This document shows positions 1-12,024 of a DNA stretch of 64,000 bases, piece by piece. The stretch spans positions 806,001-870,000 of the forward strand of contig NW_027142279.1 of assembly GCF_036365525.1 (NCBI RefSeq). The letters run 5' to 3'. The notes below the pieces were generated by a model. The model was given only the letters and a program-made list of their open reading frames with translations, was not told the DNA's origin and made no database searches. Each line of letters begins with the position of its first letter. Position 1 is the first letter of the stretch. The position numbers and the translations under genes are program-made. Source of the stretch: Heterodontus francisci. Lineage: Eukaryota.

Positions 1-223
1 TAAAACTGTAAAATAAACTAATGGAATCTACATGCTTGCAAGTGGGTGGAATAATTAAAGTGTTAACATCTTATTAGTAACACTTGGGCACCCAAACTAG
101 GGAACAGGTTAAAGACTTCACTATCTGATATTAAATGATTGATTACTTATTGCACAGTTTTACTGAGATCATTAATCAGTTGATCAAATGTAGAAGAGTG
201 ATTGGGACAGAATTTTAACCTAC

Positions 224-269
224 TCAGCGCCAGAAGGAAAATAGCAAAGGTGATGAAGTTGAAAGGCAT
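224..269 (-). CDS. TRBV: Leader exon (MPFNFITFAIFLLAL) of a family-E TCR V gene whose V exon lies outside the window (before position 1)
   Basis: 46-nt ATG-initiated hydrophobic exon followed by a GTAGGT donor. Positions 1-430 are homologous to the intron, leader and promoter of the intact family-E V at 63107-63840. Confidence 0.8.
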
Positions 270-344
270 GTTTGGTGCAGATCTGAGACACTTTCTGCTG
301 GTTACTCTGGTTTAAGGGTAAGAGGCAGTTGTAGTTCCCCTAGT

Positions 345-376
345 GCAGAACGTCATTGAGATGGTCCCCGCCCCTA
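345..376 (-). promoter_or_regulatory. Putative V promoter elements (CRE-like TGACGT and GC box)
   Basis: aacgtcattg and ccccgcccct lie ~80-105 bp upstream of the leader ATG and are conserved at 63919-63945. Confidence 0.45.
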
Positions 377-994
377 CTTTTTAAGTTGTCCCCCATTCTT
401 TTGTTTGCTTCCTTCCGCCCCTTTCCACTTGTTTCTTCTCTCCATTTTCCCCCCTTGCACTCCACTTTCTGCTCTGCTGCAAATATCTTCACAAGCCTTT
501 GTGAGCTTGCTTTCATGCCGAGGCGAGGGGCTTTCTGAAGGTAGCGAGGTGTTGGAGAGGGTAGGTGAAAAAAACAATGGGCGGTGCAACAATAGCTGTT
601 TTGGGTGACTCCAGAGGTTATGGTGCAGAACAGGCGATTATTAACATCCTTTTGCAAATTAAAATCAGTAGTGGAGGAAAAGAAGGTGGATAGTTCGATG
701 GCAGCGGAGGCGGCTCATATAACATCACTGTAAAGTGGCAATCTAACTGCGTTTAGCCTTTAAAGTGAAAAGATTGCAGAAGCAGAGGAATTGACTCATC
801 GATCAGCGGCGCCAAAGCCTGTGGTGGCGCGAAATATAGTGGAGCCACTGCGCCGACCAGTGGCAGCATGGTGCAACTGCAACAAGCTGTGTGTTACTTT
901 CCCAGTGAAACCCATGCTGTGGGCTTCTTCAAGTCACTTCCCGAAATTCATCCTCCTTCTCAGTGTTTCATCCTCTCCTGCAGAGGATTATTAC

Positions 995-1386
995 CCGCAG
1001 AATTAACGATACAAATTCAGTCTTTGTCCTAATTTCCTCCCGGTATCTGTACAGATGGAAAGCAGAATAGTGAAATCTACATGAGTAAAAGTGGGTGTAG
1101 ATGTTATATGGTTAACAGCATATTCTTAACACTTTTGTTGCCAAAAAAGGTTGAACAGATTAATGAGTTCACTATCTTATATTCAATAATTGATTGCTGA
1201 TTTCACAAGTCACCGCCGCACAGTCTTGTTGAGCTCATTGAGCAATTGATCAAATGTAAAACAGTGATTGTGCCAGAATTTAAACATACTCAGCGACAGA
1301 AGGAAAATAGTACATGTCGATGAAATTGAATGGCATGTTTGCGGTGGATCGAAGACACTTTCTGCTGGTTGCTCTGGATTTAAGGG
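995..1386 (-). pseudogene. Orphan family-E leader and partial intron; frameshifted leader at 1290-1336, no V exon
   Basis: Homologous to 63485-63890. The leader is 47 nt (1-nt insertion) with a GTATGT donor. No V exon is recognisable at 540-995, and the promoter side is replaced by CR1. Confidence 0.65.
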
Positions 1387-1389
1387 AGC

Positions 1390-2997
1390 GAAGCTGAGGG
1401 AGGAAACATTAATGGGATTAGCATCCTTGAAAGTTGATAAATCATCAGGGCCAGATGAAATGAATCCTCGGCTGCAAAAAGAAACAAGAGAAGATATAGC
1501 AGAGCATCTTTTTGCAGTCCTCATTGATTGCAGATGTGGTGCCAGAGGATTGGAGAATTGTTAACGTTCTGCCTCCGTTTAAAAAGAGAGAGAAGGATAG
1601 ACTGACTACTTACAGGCCAGTCAGTCTGACCTCAGTAATGAGCAAATTATTGCAATCTATACTGGGAGACAGGATAAACTGTCACTTAGAAAGGCAGAGA
1701 TTAATCCAGGATAGTCAGCATAGATTTGTTAAGGGATGAACTTATTTGATCAATTTGATCGAATTTTTTGAAGAAGTAACAAGGAAGATAGATGAGGGTA
1801 GTGCAGTTGACGTGGTCTACCTGGATTTTAGCAAGGCTTTTGAAAAGGCTGCACATGGCAGACTGGTTAAAAAAAAACAAAATCCCATGGGATCAAGGGA
1901 AATGCAGCAAGGTGGATACAAAATTGGCTCAGTGGCAGGATACAAAGGGTAATTGTTGATGGGTGTTTTAGCGACTGGAGGGCTGTTTCCAGTGGCGTTC
2001 CACAGGGCTCAGCACTGGATTCCCTGCTTTTTGTGGTATATATTAACGATTTGGATGTAAATGTAAGGGGGCATTTTCAAGATGTATGCAGACAACACAA
2101 GGATTAACCGCGTGGTCGATCACGAGGAGGATAGCTGTAGGCTGCAGGAAGATATTGATGGTCTTGTCAGATGGGCAGAAGAGTGGCAAATGGAATTAAA
2201 CTTGGAGAGGTGTGAGGTGATGCATTTGGGGAGGTCAAACAAGGCAAAGGAGCATACGGTTAATGGGAAAATACTGAGAAGTGCAGAGGAAGTGAGGGAC
2301 CTTGGAGTGAATGTCTACATATCACTGAAGGTAGCAGGACAGGTCGATAAGTTGGTTAAGAAGGCATATGGAATCCGTTCCTTTATTAGCTGAGGTATGG
2401 AATACAAGAGCAGGGAAGTTATGCTGGAACTGTATAACTCATTGGTTAGGCCACAACTTGAGTACTGTGTGCAGTTCTGGTCACCTCATTGCAGAAAGAT
2501 GGTAATTGCACTAGAGAGGGTACAGAGGGGATTTACGAGGATGTTGCCAGAACTGGAAAATGCAGCTATGCGGAAAGATTGGATAGGCTGGGGTTGTTCT
2601 CCTTGGAACAGAGAAAGCTGAGGGGAGGTCTGTTAGAAATGTAAAAAATATTGAAGGGGCCTGGATAGAGTGGAGGTGAAAGGTCTATTCATCTTGGCAG
2701 AGAGATCAGTGACGAGGGGGAAGAGATTTTATGTGATTGTTAGAAGAATTGGAGGGGAGAAAAGGAAAACCTTAGAAGTGGTGGGGGTCAGGTACTCGCT
2801 GCCTGAAAGGGTTGTTGAGGCAGACACTCTCAACTCATTCAAAGGAGTCTGGATATGCACCTCAAGTGCCGTAATCTGCAGGGCGATGGACCAAATGCTG
2901 GAAGGTGTGATTTGAATAGGTGGATTGTTTTTCAGCCGCCACAGACACGATGGGCCAATTGGCATCTTGCTGTGCCTTAAACTTTCTACGATTCTAT
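1390..2997 (+). mobile_element. 5'-truncated, degenerate CR1-type LINE (reverse transcriptase region to 3' end)
   Basis: ORF fragments KSSGPDEM, YRPVSLTS, VYLDFSKAF, YADNT, LVRPQLEYCVQFWSP with stops and frameshifts; ttctacgattcta tail. Confidence 0.9.
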
Positions 2998-3139
2998 TGG
3001 AGTGATAGAGTGTATGTGAAAGTGCCAAGGAATGAGAGAGAGACATAGTGCGAGACAGAGTCAGAGAGGATGATATGGTGAAAAACAGTTAGAGTAAAAG
3101 AGAGGCAGTGATAGAGATAGATGGAGAAAGGGAGAAAAA

Positions 3140-3570
3140 GATCTCTGTCTGTTTATCTATACTGCTATCTATCTATCTCTGTAGCTATCTGTCCACCTTT
3201 CTCTCTATCTATATATATGCATGGCTGTGTGTCTGTCTGTCTATCTGTGTCAATTTGTCTCTCTATCTGTATGAATCCGTCTGTCTGTCTTCATATCTAC
3301 CTATCTGCATATCTGTCTGTCTATCTAACAATCTATTTGACTATTTGTCTATCTATCTGTCTACCTATCTGTCTGTCTATCTATCAATCTGTCTACCCAT
3401 CTGTCTTTNNNNNNNNNNNNNNNNNNNNNNNNNNNNNNNNNNNNNNNNNNNNNNNNNNNNNNNNNNNNNNNNNNNNNNNNNNNNNNNNNNNNNNNNNNNN
3501 NNNNNNNNNNNNNNNNNNNNNNNNNNNNNNNNNNNNNNNNNNNNNNNCTATCTGCCTGTCTATGCTGCCT
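3140..3570. repeat. (TCTA/TCTG)n low-complexity tract containing an assembly gap (N 3409-3547)
   Basis: Directly visible. Confidence 0.85.
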
Positions 3571-3859
3571 ATGGCATGGTGCTGTACACCAATTGGCTTC
3601 CGTGTTTTAAGTACACTGCTCTCTGAAATGACCTAGCAAACTCTTCAGTTATCTACAAGGCAGCACACACCTTCTCCAGGGCAATTAGCGATGTTGAATA
3701 ACTACTGGCCTTCTCAGAGGGACCCAGGTCCCCAGAATGAATTTTTAAAAAATCAAAACAAGGGAAGAAGTTGCAGAGGATCTGACCATCATTTTCCAGT
3801 TCTTAATTGGCTGTTAACTGTTTCAGGGCGACTGGAAGTCGTGGAAGACATTTTATAAT

Positions 3860-4400
3860 TTTTTTTTCTTATTCGTTCATGGGACGTGAGTTTTTTCACA
3901 AGGCCAGCAATTATTTCACAACATTGATTACCCTTGAGAAGGTGGTGGTGAGCTGCCTTCTTGAACCATGGGGGGTAGGTACACCCACAGTGCTGTTGGG
4001 AAGGGAGTTCCAGGATTTTGACCCAGTGTCAGTGAAGAAACGGCGATATAGTTCCAAGTCAGGATGGTGTGTGACTTGGAGGGGAACTTGCAGGTGGTGG
4101 TGCCCCCATGTATTTGCTGCCCTTGTCCTTCTAGTTGGTAGAGTTGGTTGGTTTGGAAGGTGCTGTCTAAGGACACTCGATGCTTTGCTGCAGTGCATCT
4201 TGTCGATGGTACACACTGCTGTCACTGTGGTGAAGGGAATGAGTGTTGAAGGTGGTAGATGGGTTGCTGATCAAGAGGACTGCTTTTTCCTGGATGGTGT
4301 TGAGCTCCCTGAGTGTTGTTGGAGCTGCACCCATCCAGGCAAGTGGAGAGTATTCCATCACACTCCTGACTTGTGCCTTGTAGATGATTGATACTCTGTC
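3860..4400 (-). mobile_element. LINE 3' fragment (CR1/L2-clade)
   Basis: Peptide IYKAQVRSVMEYSPLAWMGAAPTTL...FTDTGSKSWNSLP; same family as 17905-18460. Confidence 0.75.
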
Positions 4401-4787
4401 CATCACTTCACAATGGTGATGTTAACTATCTGTCTTATTTAGATCATTAATTAACCTATTATTTAATCAAGTATGAGACAGCGACTGTGATTTAGTTTTA
4501 ACATACACAGTGCCAGAAATTAAACAGTGTGGACGAGGACTTTGAAATTTTGCAGGGGATCTGAGGCACATCTCTTTCTTTCCTTCTCTCTCTTCCTCGT
4601 CCCTTCTGCTATTCCCAGTCATTCAGCCCTTGATGAAGGTTCAGGAATCCGGGAATCACCAGCTTGGAAAACGGCCGGTGAGGCAGGGAGAGACATTAAC
4701 CATTGTCACTGCTCCTGTATGTCAGTCAGTTGTGTTGTTCACCCTGTTGGTTTTTGTACTGGCACTAAGGCAGTCTGCAGCGCTGTG

Positions 4788-5602
4788 CTCCCTGGCTGCA
4801 CAGTAATACACCGCCGCATCCGCAGCCTGAACCTTGAGGACACTCAGGCTGCATCGTTTGTCCTCGGGCCTTATAATCTTCACCTCCTCTTCAAATTTTC
4901 CTTCGTACGTGGGTGAGCTTCCAGTGAAAGAATAGCCCATTAGGGTGAGCCCCTGCCCGGCATACTGCCGATACCACAGCATAACGTTCTTACTACTGTC
5001 ATTCTGGTAACAGTTTAATTCTGCTGGTTCGCCTCCCTTCACTGCCACCAGAGTTGGCCACTGGTGTATCACCTCTGCTAGAGTTTTGCCTTGAGAAATT
5101 AGGAGAATAGTTAAAAAAGTTTAGAACATATTGTGACATATGATAAGCAACTAAACGATCCAAATAGATAATTAGATAATACTAGATAACTATATAGGCA
5201 AACAATATAAAGTTAAATGATATATCTGTAGATATATAGATAATAAACAGATAGATATAGAGATTGAAAAATAATGTAGCAAGTGAAATGAGAGAGACAA
5301 ATTAACCCAGAATTAGGGAAAACTTATCGGTTAAAGATAGGTATAGTAGCGTCACGAATATATAAGTAACTTTCATTCAGTCAATAATTTCATTAAGTAA
5401 ATATTATTTACAGTGAAAGTAAAGTATGTAGTTTAAGAAATGACAGAAAATCGACTGCAATGATGTTTTATCAATCTAGTTTGATAGAAGTTAGTAGTGA
5501 ATGAAAACACAGCATGTATTTTAGCAGAGGTATCTTTATGAACAATGAATACCTACATGGAAGAAGAGAACGGACGATTAGGAAGAGTTTGACTAACTGC
5601 AT
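4788..5602 (-). CDS. TRBV: TCR V segment, family A, apparently functional (leader 5557-5602, V exon 4788-5089)
   Basis: Leader MQLVKLFLIVRSLLP with GTAGGT donor. V: EVIHQWPT..LNC..WYRQ..DAAVYYCAAR. RSS CACAGCG(4781-4787), 23-bp spacer, ACAAAAACC(4749-4757). Confidence 0.92.
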
Positions 5603-6569
5603 CCTGCAGACTGGGGGCTGAATCTGTTCATGAATCAATATCAGGCGGCTGAAGATAAAGCAGAGAGCGGAAATGACAGCACTGGAAACAGGGTTTCCTT
5701 CTGACCCCTCACTTCTGGTATGACAGAATAATAACACCCCCTGGTCGAAAGGAGCTTGAATAAGGAACTGCTTCCCGTCTGTATCTGGCTCTCGTTGCTT
5801 GTGTCTGATTGGTGTTGTATAGGGTAGCTCTTTCGAACAGACGGGCCAGGCTCGATAGGCTGAACGGCCTCGGCTCTGCTGTATGATTTTATAAATATAT
5901 AAGACACATCAAGTTGCTTGTTTGTATTAGGCAGATCAAAATTTATTTTCCCTGTGCTAAACGACAATTCAAGGGTTATGTTTTACATTGGGGTGAAATC
6001 TTAGATACTTTGAAAAGCGACAGTGTCATGAAGAAGTGGGTTAACTGTTTTAAACAGATGCTCAAACCGCCGTCAGGAGGCAGGTGTTCCAGTGAGAGAC
6101 CTATCTGGGGAGGTGTCTCACGTTTGCATTGTATGAATCATTGGGGACATGTACAACAGGGAGCTATGTGTAACTCTTGTCACATACCACCGACAGCTCA
6201 TTCAACAGGACCATGAGCCCATTTACCCCACCTCAGAATCTGTTCTTTACAGGTAGTGGCTGCCTTAACGAGAAGGATCTGAGCACATTGCTGCAGCATT
6301 TTTAATAATTCATAATGTATTGATGTACTCTGAGTCGAAGGAGAGCAAGAAGATGAAACTATCAGTAAAATGCAAATCATGATATATCAATAATTAAACT
6401 GGTATGGTGTAAATAATGGTGTTAGATAGATGATAAACGTCAGATATATGGTGGATGCATATTTAGAGAGGTGAGAGACAGGTAGATAAATCGATGACAA
6501 ATATATATATATGATCAAGATAAATAGATAGATAAATAGTGCAATATAACCAAAACTGGACAGAGAGAC

Positions 6570-6570
<1 letters not shown>

Positions 6571-6645
<75 letters not shown>

Positions 6646-6655
6646 CGATAGATAG
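6571..6655. repeat. (GATA)n microsatellite
   Basis: About 20 tandem gata units. Confidence 0.95.
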
Positions 6656-6813
6656 ATGGATGGATGCAGAGACGCACAAAGAGACACAGAAACTCGCAGA
6701 TAGTCCGAGAGACCGAAAGACACTGAGATAGACAGACGGGTTTATCTCCCACAAGTGCTATCCTCCCCCTTTACAGTTGTTGCTGAACTCCGGCGCCTTT
6801 CTGAGTCACTGTG

Positions 6814-7435
6814 CAGTCTCCAGGCACAGTAATACACGGCTGATTGATTCGCCCACAGGCTGGAGGACTCCAGGTAAAAATGGGTGTTGTCGGGTCTCCT
6901 GGCGGTGAAACCGTCCACCTCACCGGAGGGAATGACCGTTCCAGCGAGGTTGGAATAGAAAAGGTTCTCGGGATCATGGTCCGGATGCCACCGGTACCAG
7001 TAGAAAACAGAGCTAGCATCTGCCTTTGTGTAAACGCACTGGATACTGACTGGAGAGCCTGGGGAATGGGATATGGAAGCAGGAGTCTGTTGGATCAACA
7101 CGGCCCCCACATCTGTAAAACAGAGAGAGAGAGAAAGAGATTTACCCTGTGACATTGTCTATATCGTTACAAAAAAGAAGAGGTAGAAGTGGGCAGAGAG
7201 TGAGAGAGAGAGAGCGCTGGGGACCAGTTAGAGGCAGAGAGGCAGAGATAAAGGCAGAGAGAGAGAGAGAGAGAGAATGAGAGACAGAGAAATAAATATA
7301 GAGGGAGAAGGAGAGAGACAAAGACAGACAGAGACTGAGAAGCAGAGACACATGTACAACATTGTAACCTCACAGTTCAGACACCTCCTTACCCGTTAAT
7401 ACCCACAACACAATCCAGAGCTGAGACACAGACAT
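6814..7435 (-). CDS. TRBV: TCR V segment, family B (leader 7393-7435, V exon 6814-7112)
   Basis: Leader MSVSQLWIVLWVLT with GTAAGG donor. V: IQQTP..IQC..WYRW..NQSAVYYCAWR. RSS CACAGTG(6807-6813), 23-bp spacer, weak nonamer GCAACAACT(6775-6783). Confidence 0.9.
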
Positions 7436-8632
7436 CTCTGGAGGGCAAAGGATCCGTGTGGTTTTATATGAAATGACTGAGCACTTTTATTGTCGAATAT
7501 CTCAAAGTTCTCGGCACTGACTGAAATTCACAGCTTTCCTCTCCATCACTTTATCATTCAGATAGGCGGGACCCAGTTTTCTTTCATTTCCGGGGAGGGA
7601 CCAATGTTAGACTCCTGGTAATCGCTTTCTGGAACTGCAGTTCTCTGTCATTGGCATCTGCAGCCCGATCATTCGGAGCTCTCTCCAAATATGTGCACAC
7701 AGTACTCCAGGTGTGTCCTCACCAAGACCCAATACAATTGTAATACGACTTCCTTATTCTTGTACTCCCATCCCCCATGAAACAAAGACCAACATGCCTG
7801 TAATTCAACAGAAGCACTTCATTGGCTGTAGAACTCCTTGGGAAGTTCCAGATCGGCTTTCCAACTTTCTCCCCTCTTTCAGATACTGACGTTGACTATA
7901 TAGAACTGCAGACAATATAGAACACAGCATCAGGTGAACGGATCTATACAGGTGTTGATGTTCCACAGATCCATCCTTTCATCCCTCTTTATCTCATCCT
8001 CTCAGCATCTCCTGTCAGTCCTTTCTGCCTCGTATGTCTACTGGTTTCCCACTGAATAATATTTACCGCCACCACTGCCTGTGGTGGTGAGTTCCCCATT
8101 CTCACCAATCTCTGGTGAATGAAGTTTGTCCTGAATTCACGTTTGGATTTTTAGTGAGTATCTTATGCCTTATAATTCTGGTCTTTAGCCTCAAGTGAAA
8201 ATATCTTCTCTACGTCTATCCTATCAAACCTATTAATAATATTAAAGACTTCTTATCTGGGCACCCCTCATTTCCAGAGAAGGACCCCAGCCTGTTCGAT
8301 CTTTACTGCTATGTATATTTATACCGTGATCTAAATGTGGTCTAACCAATGTATATAGATGCCAGAACTGTGCATAGTGCTCCAGTTGTGATCTATCCAA
8401 TGTATAATGAGAGCGGAACAGTGCACAGTTCTCCAAATGAAGTCGAACCAAGGTATGAGGAGACCTGAAATGTTGACAGTGCACCCAGTGTGTTTTAACC
8501 AAGGAGGTTGGAGACCAAAAATGTGCAAATTCCAATTTTGGAACCCAGGTTCTTGATGATAAAACTGTGGATCAGGCCCTGCTCTTTGAGTTCTTGGGAA
8601 AATTACGTGAGTTTGAGGTCAGTCTGTGTGTG

Positions 8633-9557
8633 GTTCTTTGTCTCGACAGTGGATAACTCTGAACTGCTTTGTCCCGTCAGTCACTGCTCATAAATACATC
8701 TCCACATTGACCTTACCTTGGAGAACCGACAGTAGACACCTCAAAGCGCAGGAGAAGTAACACCAGAGGTGCCTCCGCATTATCCTCCAACTCCAGTGGC
8801 AAGACAGGTGGTCCAACAGCATCGTGCTCTCCCAAACCAACCTGCCTCGTGTCAGGGCGCGAAACACCCCACACCAGCTCCACTGGCTGGGACATGTCAT
8901 TCACATTCCTGCCACCAGACTCCCCAAAGCAACTGTTCTACTCAGAACTTGGTCGTGGCAGGAGACTCCCAGGAGGATAGCGGAAAGGCTTTAGAGGTGT
9001 CCTCACAGCATCCCTGGAGAGATGAAACATCCGCATCGACTCCTGGGGGACCCAGGCTCCAGACCATCCCAGATGGAGAAAGGACATACAGGAAGGCATT
9101 GGACACCTCGAGGAACTTAAGGAACATGCAGAGGTAAGGCCGAGGCATCGGAGGGAGCGCACACACCTGCAAACTAATCACCTACCTGATCCTACAAGCA
9201 CCACCTGCCCCTCATGTGGCAGAGTCTGCAGATCATGCACTGGACTCATCAGCCATCTCAGAACCCATTGAACCGGAGTGGAAGCAAGTCAACCTCAACC
9301 CCGGGGAACTGCCTAAGAAGGTGAACTCTCTCCAGCTTCCGTGTTAATTTATTATTTTGCAATGTTCTGCAAAAGCGAACCCGCTCTTAAAACCTCAACA
9401 TACTGAGTTTCACCTCATCAATGAACAGACCTGATTAATACAGCCCCTCCACTGGCGGATTGTGGATATCACAACATGTCAGTGTGAAGCCTTCTGTTCT
9501 GAAAACTGTCTCTCACTTGATCACATGAAGTGAGCACCAGATCTCCCGTTATTCCAC
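8633..9557 (-). pseudogene. Decayed family-E V segment split by an RTE LINE
   Basis: 9321-9420 aligns to the 63-kb V (SGFAF-RTLQNNKLTRKLERVH vs SGFVITRTLDNKKSTLTIESVN). The 3' end and decayed RSS (CAAAGCA 8665-8671, 23 bp, ACAAAGAAC) lie on the other side of the insert. Intron homology continues to ~9740. Confidence 0.75.
8713..9320 (+). mobile_element. RTE-clade LINE 3' fragment
   Basis: Encodes LRIILQLQWQDRWSN..LHWLGHVIHIPATRLPKQLFYSEL and a C-terminal TCPSCGRVC..GLISHLRTH zinc knuckle; ends gcctaagaag. Confidence 0.8.
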
Positions 9558-11396
9558 CTGGAAACAGGGAGCATGGGGAAAATGTTACTTTAGACTTGGC
9601 ACGATAGATGTGGGAGTTGTGCTAAAGTAACGATGGAAATTCAGGCTCTCTCCTAGTTTCCTACAAACACCTGGGAGAATGTAATTGTAAAATAGAACCT
9701 GGAAATCTACAAACTGTCATTTGGGTGCAAATATTTCAAGGTCGGAATGATATTAATGTCTCTAAATGCTCCCAAAATGATCAGATTAAAAGCTCAATCT
9801 ACCTTATATCAAATCATTTACTTTTTTCCATTGTCGGAATTTTTGTGTGAAATAGTTGAGAAGTGAAACATTTCAGAAGCAGCCAAGTTGACCTGTGGAG
9901 CTGCTGTGGGGAAAGCTCACTCTGTCTGAGCATGTTCTCGGCAGCGGCGACAGTGGAGTAACACTGGCACCTAGTGGCTCCAGGTGTAACTGCAAGCACC
10001 GATTCATCAGGCGTTTCAGTGTCAGACCCTGAACCTGTTTCAGCCATTAGTTATAATCTTCTACTCGACTCGTGTTGGTGCTTGTGGCACAGAACGAGAT
10101 GGAAGCTAATGCACAGATCGGCGCCATTCGGCCCGACAGCTCTCTGCTTCACTCCAGCCTCAACCAGTCAAATACATTTTGAAGTGCAGTCACTGTTGTA
10201 ATGCAGGGAAGGAGGCAGACAAGCTGCAAGATCAAGTGCATGGTTAATCAGAAAGAACAGGGAGTGGGAGTAATTGGACAGGGAAGATGAAAACCAGGGA
10301 TCATAAATGTAAGGTAGTCCTTAATAAATCCAATTGGGAATTCAGGAGGAGGTTCTTTAACCCAGGGAGCGGTGAGAATGTGGAATTAGCGACCAATAGA
10401 ATGGGTTGAGGTCGAATAGAGACGATGCAGTTTAGTGGGGAGCTGAATAAATACATGAGTGAGAAAGGAATAGAAGAAACTGTTGATAGGGTAAGACGAA
10501 GAAAGATGGGAGGAGGTCGCTCTTTCGAACAGCGAGGCCAGTATCGATGGACTGAATAGCCTGGATTTGTCCTGCATGATTCTATGACCCAATAAGACCC
10601 GTCAACCTGCTGCCTTGTTTCAGGGTCAAGACAGTTTCATTTCCCCCCCTTGTGCTAAACGGGAGTTAAAGGGTTAAGTTCTTCACCACACTGAACTGCA
10701 GTCAATGTGAAAATTCTTCAAAAGATACCGAAAGACTGAGAGACAAGTGTGTTAACAGTTTTGAACAGATGCTGAAGCCGCCGTCTGGAGGCAGGTGTTC
10801 CAGTCAGAGACGGATCTGGAGAGGTTTCTCGCCTTTGCACTGTATGAATCATCAGAGACATGATTAAAGGTTCCAAGATCAACCATTTCCTATTTGTATG
10901 GACTTGTGTCCATTAGAGTAATGAGGGTAAGCGGAGATTTGAAAGACGTGGTCAGATGTGTCTTGATAGAGAAACTGTATCCAGAGGGTCGTATCTACTG
11001 TCAGGAGGGTCGATAAACCAGGAACCAAGAATTGAAGGTAATTGGGAAAGGAACCAGAGTGGGAGATGAGTGGAATCTTTCTCCTCAGTGAATTGTTATC
11101 ATGTGGAGGGCATTGACTGAAAGGGCGGTGGAAGACCATCCAATAGTAACTTCCAGATGTCAATTGGAGAAGTAGATGTAGGGGAGATTTATTAGTGCAA
11201 TGAAGAACTAGTCAGTGAATGGGAACGAGTTCGACAACTCTGTCAAAGAGCCAGTTCATTCAACAGTAGACATAAAAACTGACAGATAGTCAGAGTGATA
11301 GAATGACATCCCAGATAGACAGGTCTATCTCCCACAAGTGAGCTCTGTCAATGTTTAGAGTTTTTGCTGAATCCGGCGCCTTTCGGAGTCACTGTG

Positions 11397-12024
11397 CTGA
11401 CTCCATGCACAGTAATACACGGCTGATTGATTCGCCAACAGGCTGGAGGACTCCAGGTAAAAATGGGTGTTGTCGGGTCTCCTGGCGGTGAAACCGTCCA
11501 CCTCACCGGAGGGGGTGACCGTTCCGGCGGGGTAGGAATAGAAAAGGTTCTCGGGCTCACGGTCTCGATGCCATTGGTACCAGTAGAAAACAGAGCTAGC
11601 TGCTGCTTCAGTGTAAATACACTCGATCCTGACTCGAGTGCCTGGGGAATGAGATATGGAAGTGGGAGTCTGTTGGATCAACACGGCCACCACATCTGTA
11701 AAACAGAGAGGGAGAGAGAGAGAGAAAGAGAGAGATAAAACCAGGGACAATGTCTATATTGTTATCAACAAGAAGAGGTAGAAGTGGGCAGACAGAGAGA
11801 GAGAGAGAGCGGTGGGGACCAGTTAGAAATAGAGACAGAGATAAAGGCAGAGATAGAGAGAGAGAATGAGAGACAGAGAAAGAAATATAAAGGGAGAAGC
11901 AGAGAGACAAAGAGAGACAGAGACTGAGAAGCAGAGACACATGTACATCATTGTAACCTCACAGTTCAGACACCTCCTTGCCCCTTAACACCAACAACAC
12001 AACCCAGAGCTGAGACACAGACAT
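11397..12024 (-). CDS. TRBV: TCR V segment, family B, open frame with GC splice donor and 22-bp RSS spacer (leader 11982-12024, V exon 11397-11695)
   Basis: V frame open to YYCAWSQ. Donor is GCAAGG where paralogs have GTAAGG. RSS CACAGTG(11390-11396), 22-bp spacer, GCAAAAACT(11359-11367). Confidence 0.82.

Noticed and set aside
9814-10201. Possible additional V relic or exon (and copy at 14385-14793)
   Set aside because: No Cys/WYRQ/YxC framework in the frames examined; the cacagca heptamer-like site has no nonamer at 12 or 23 bp.
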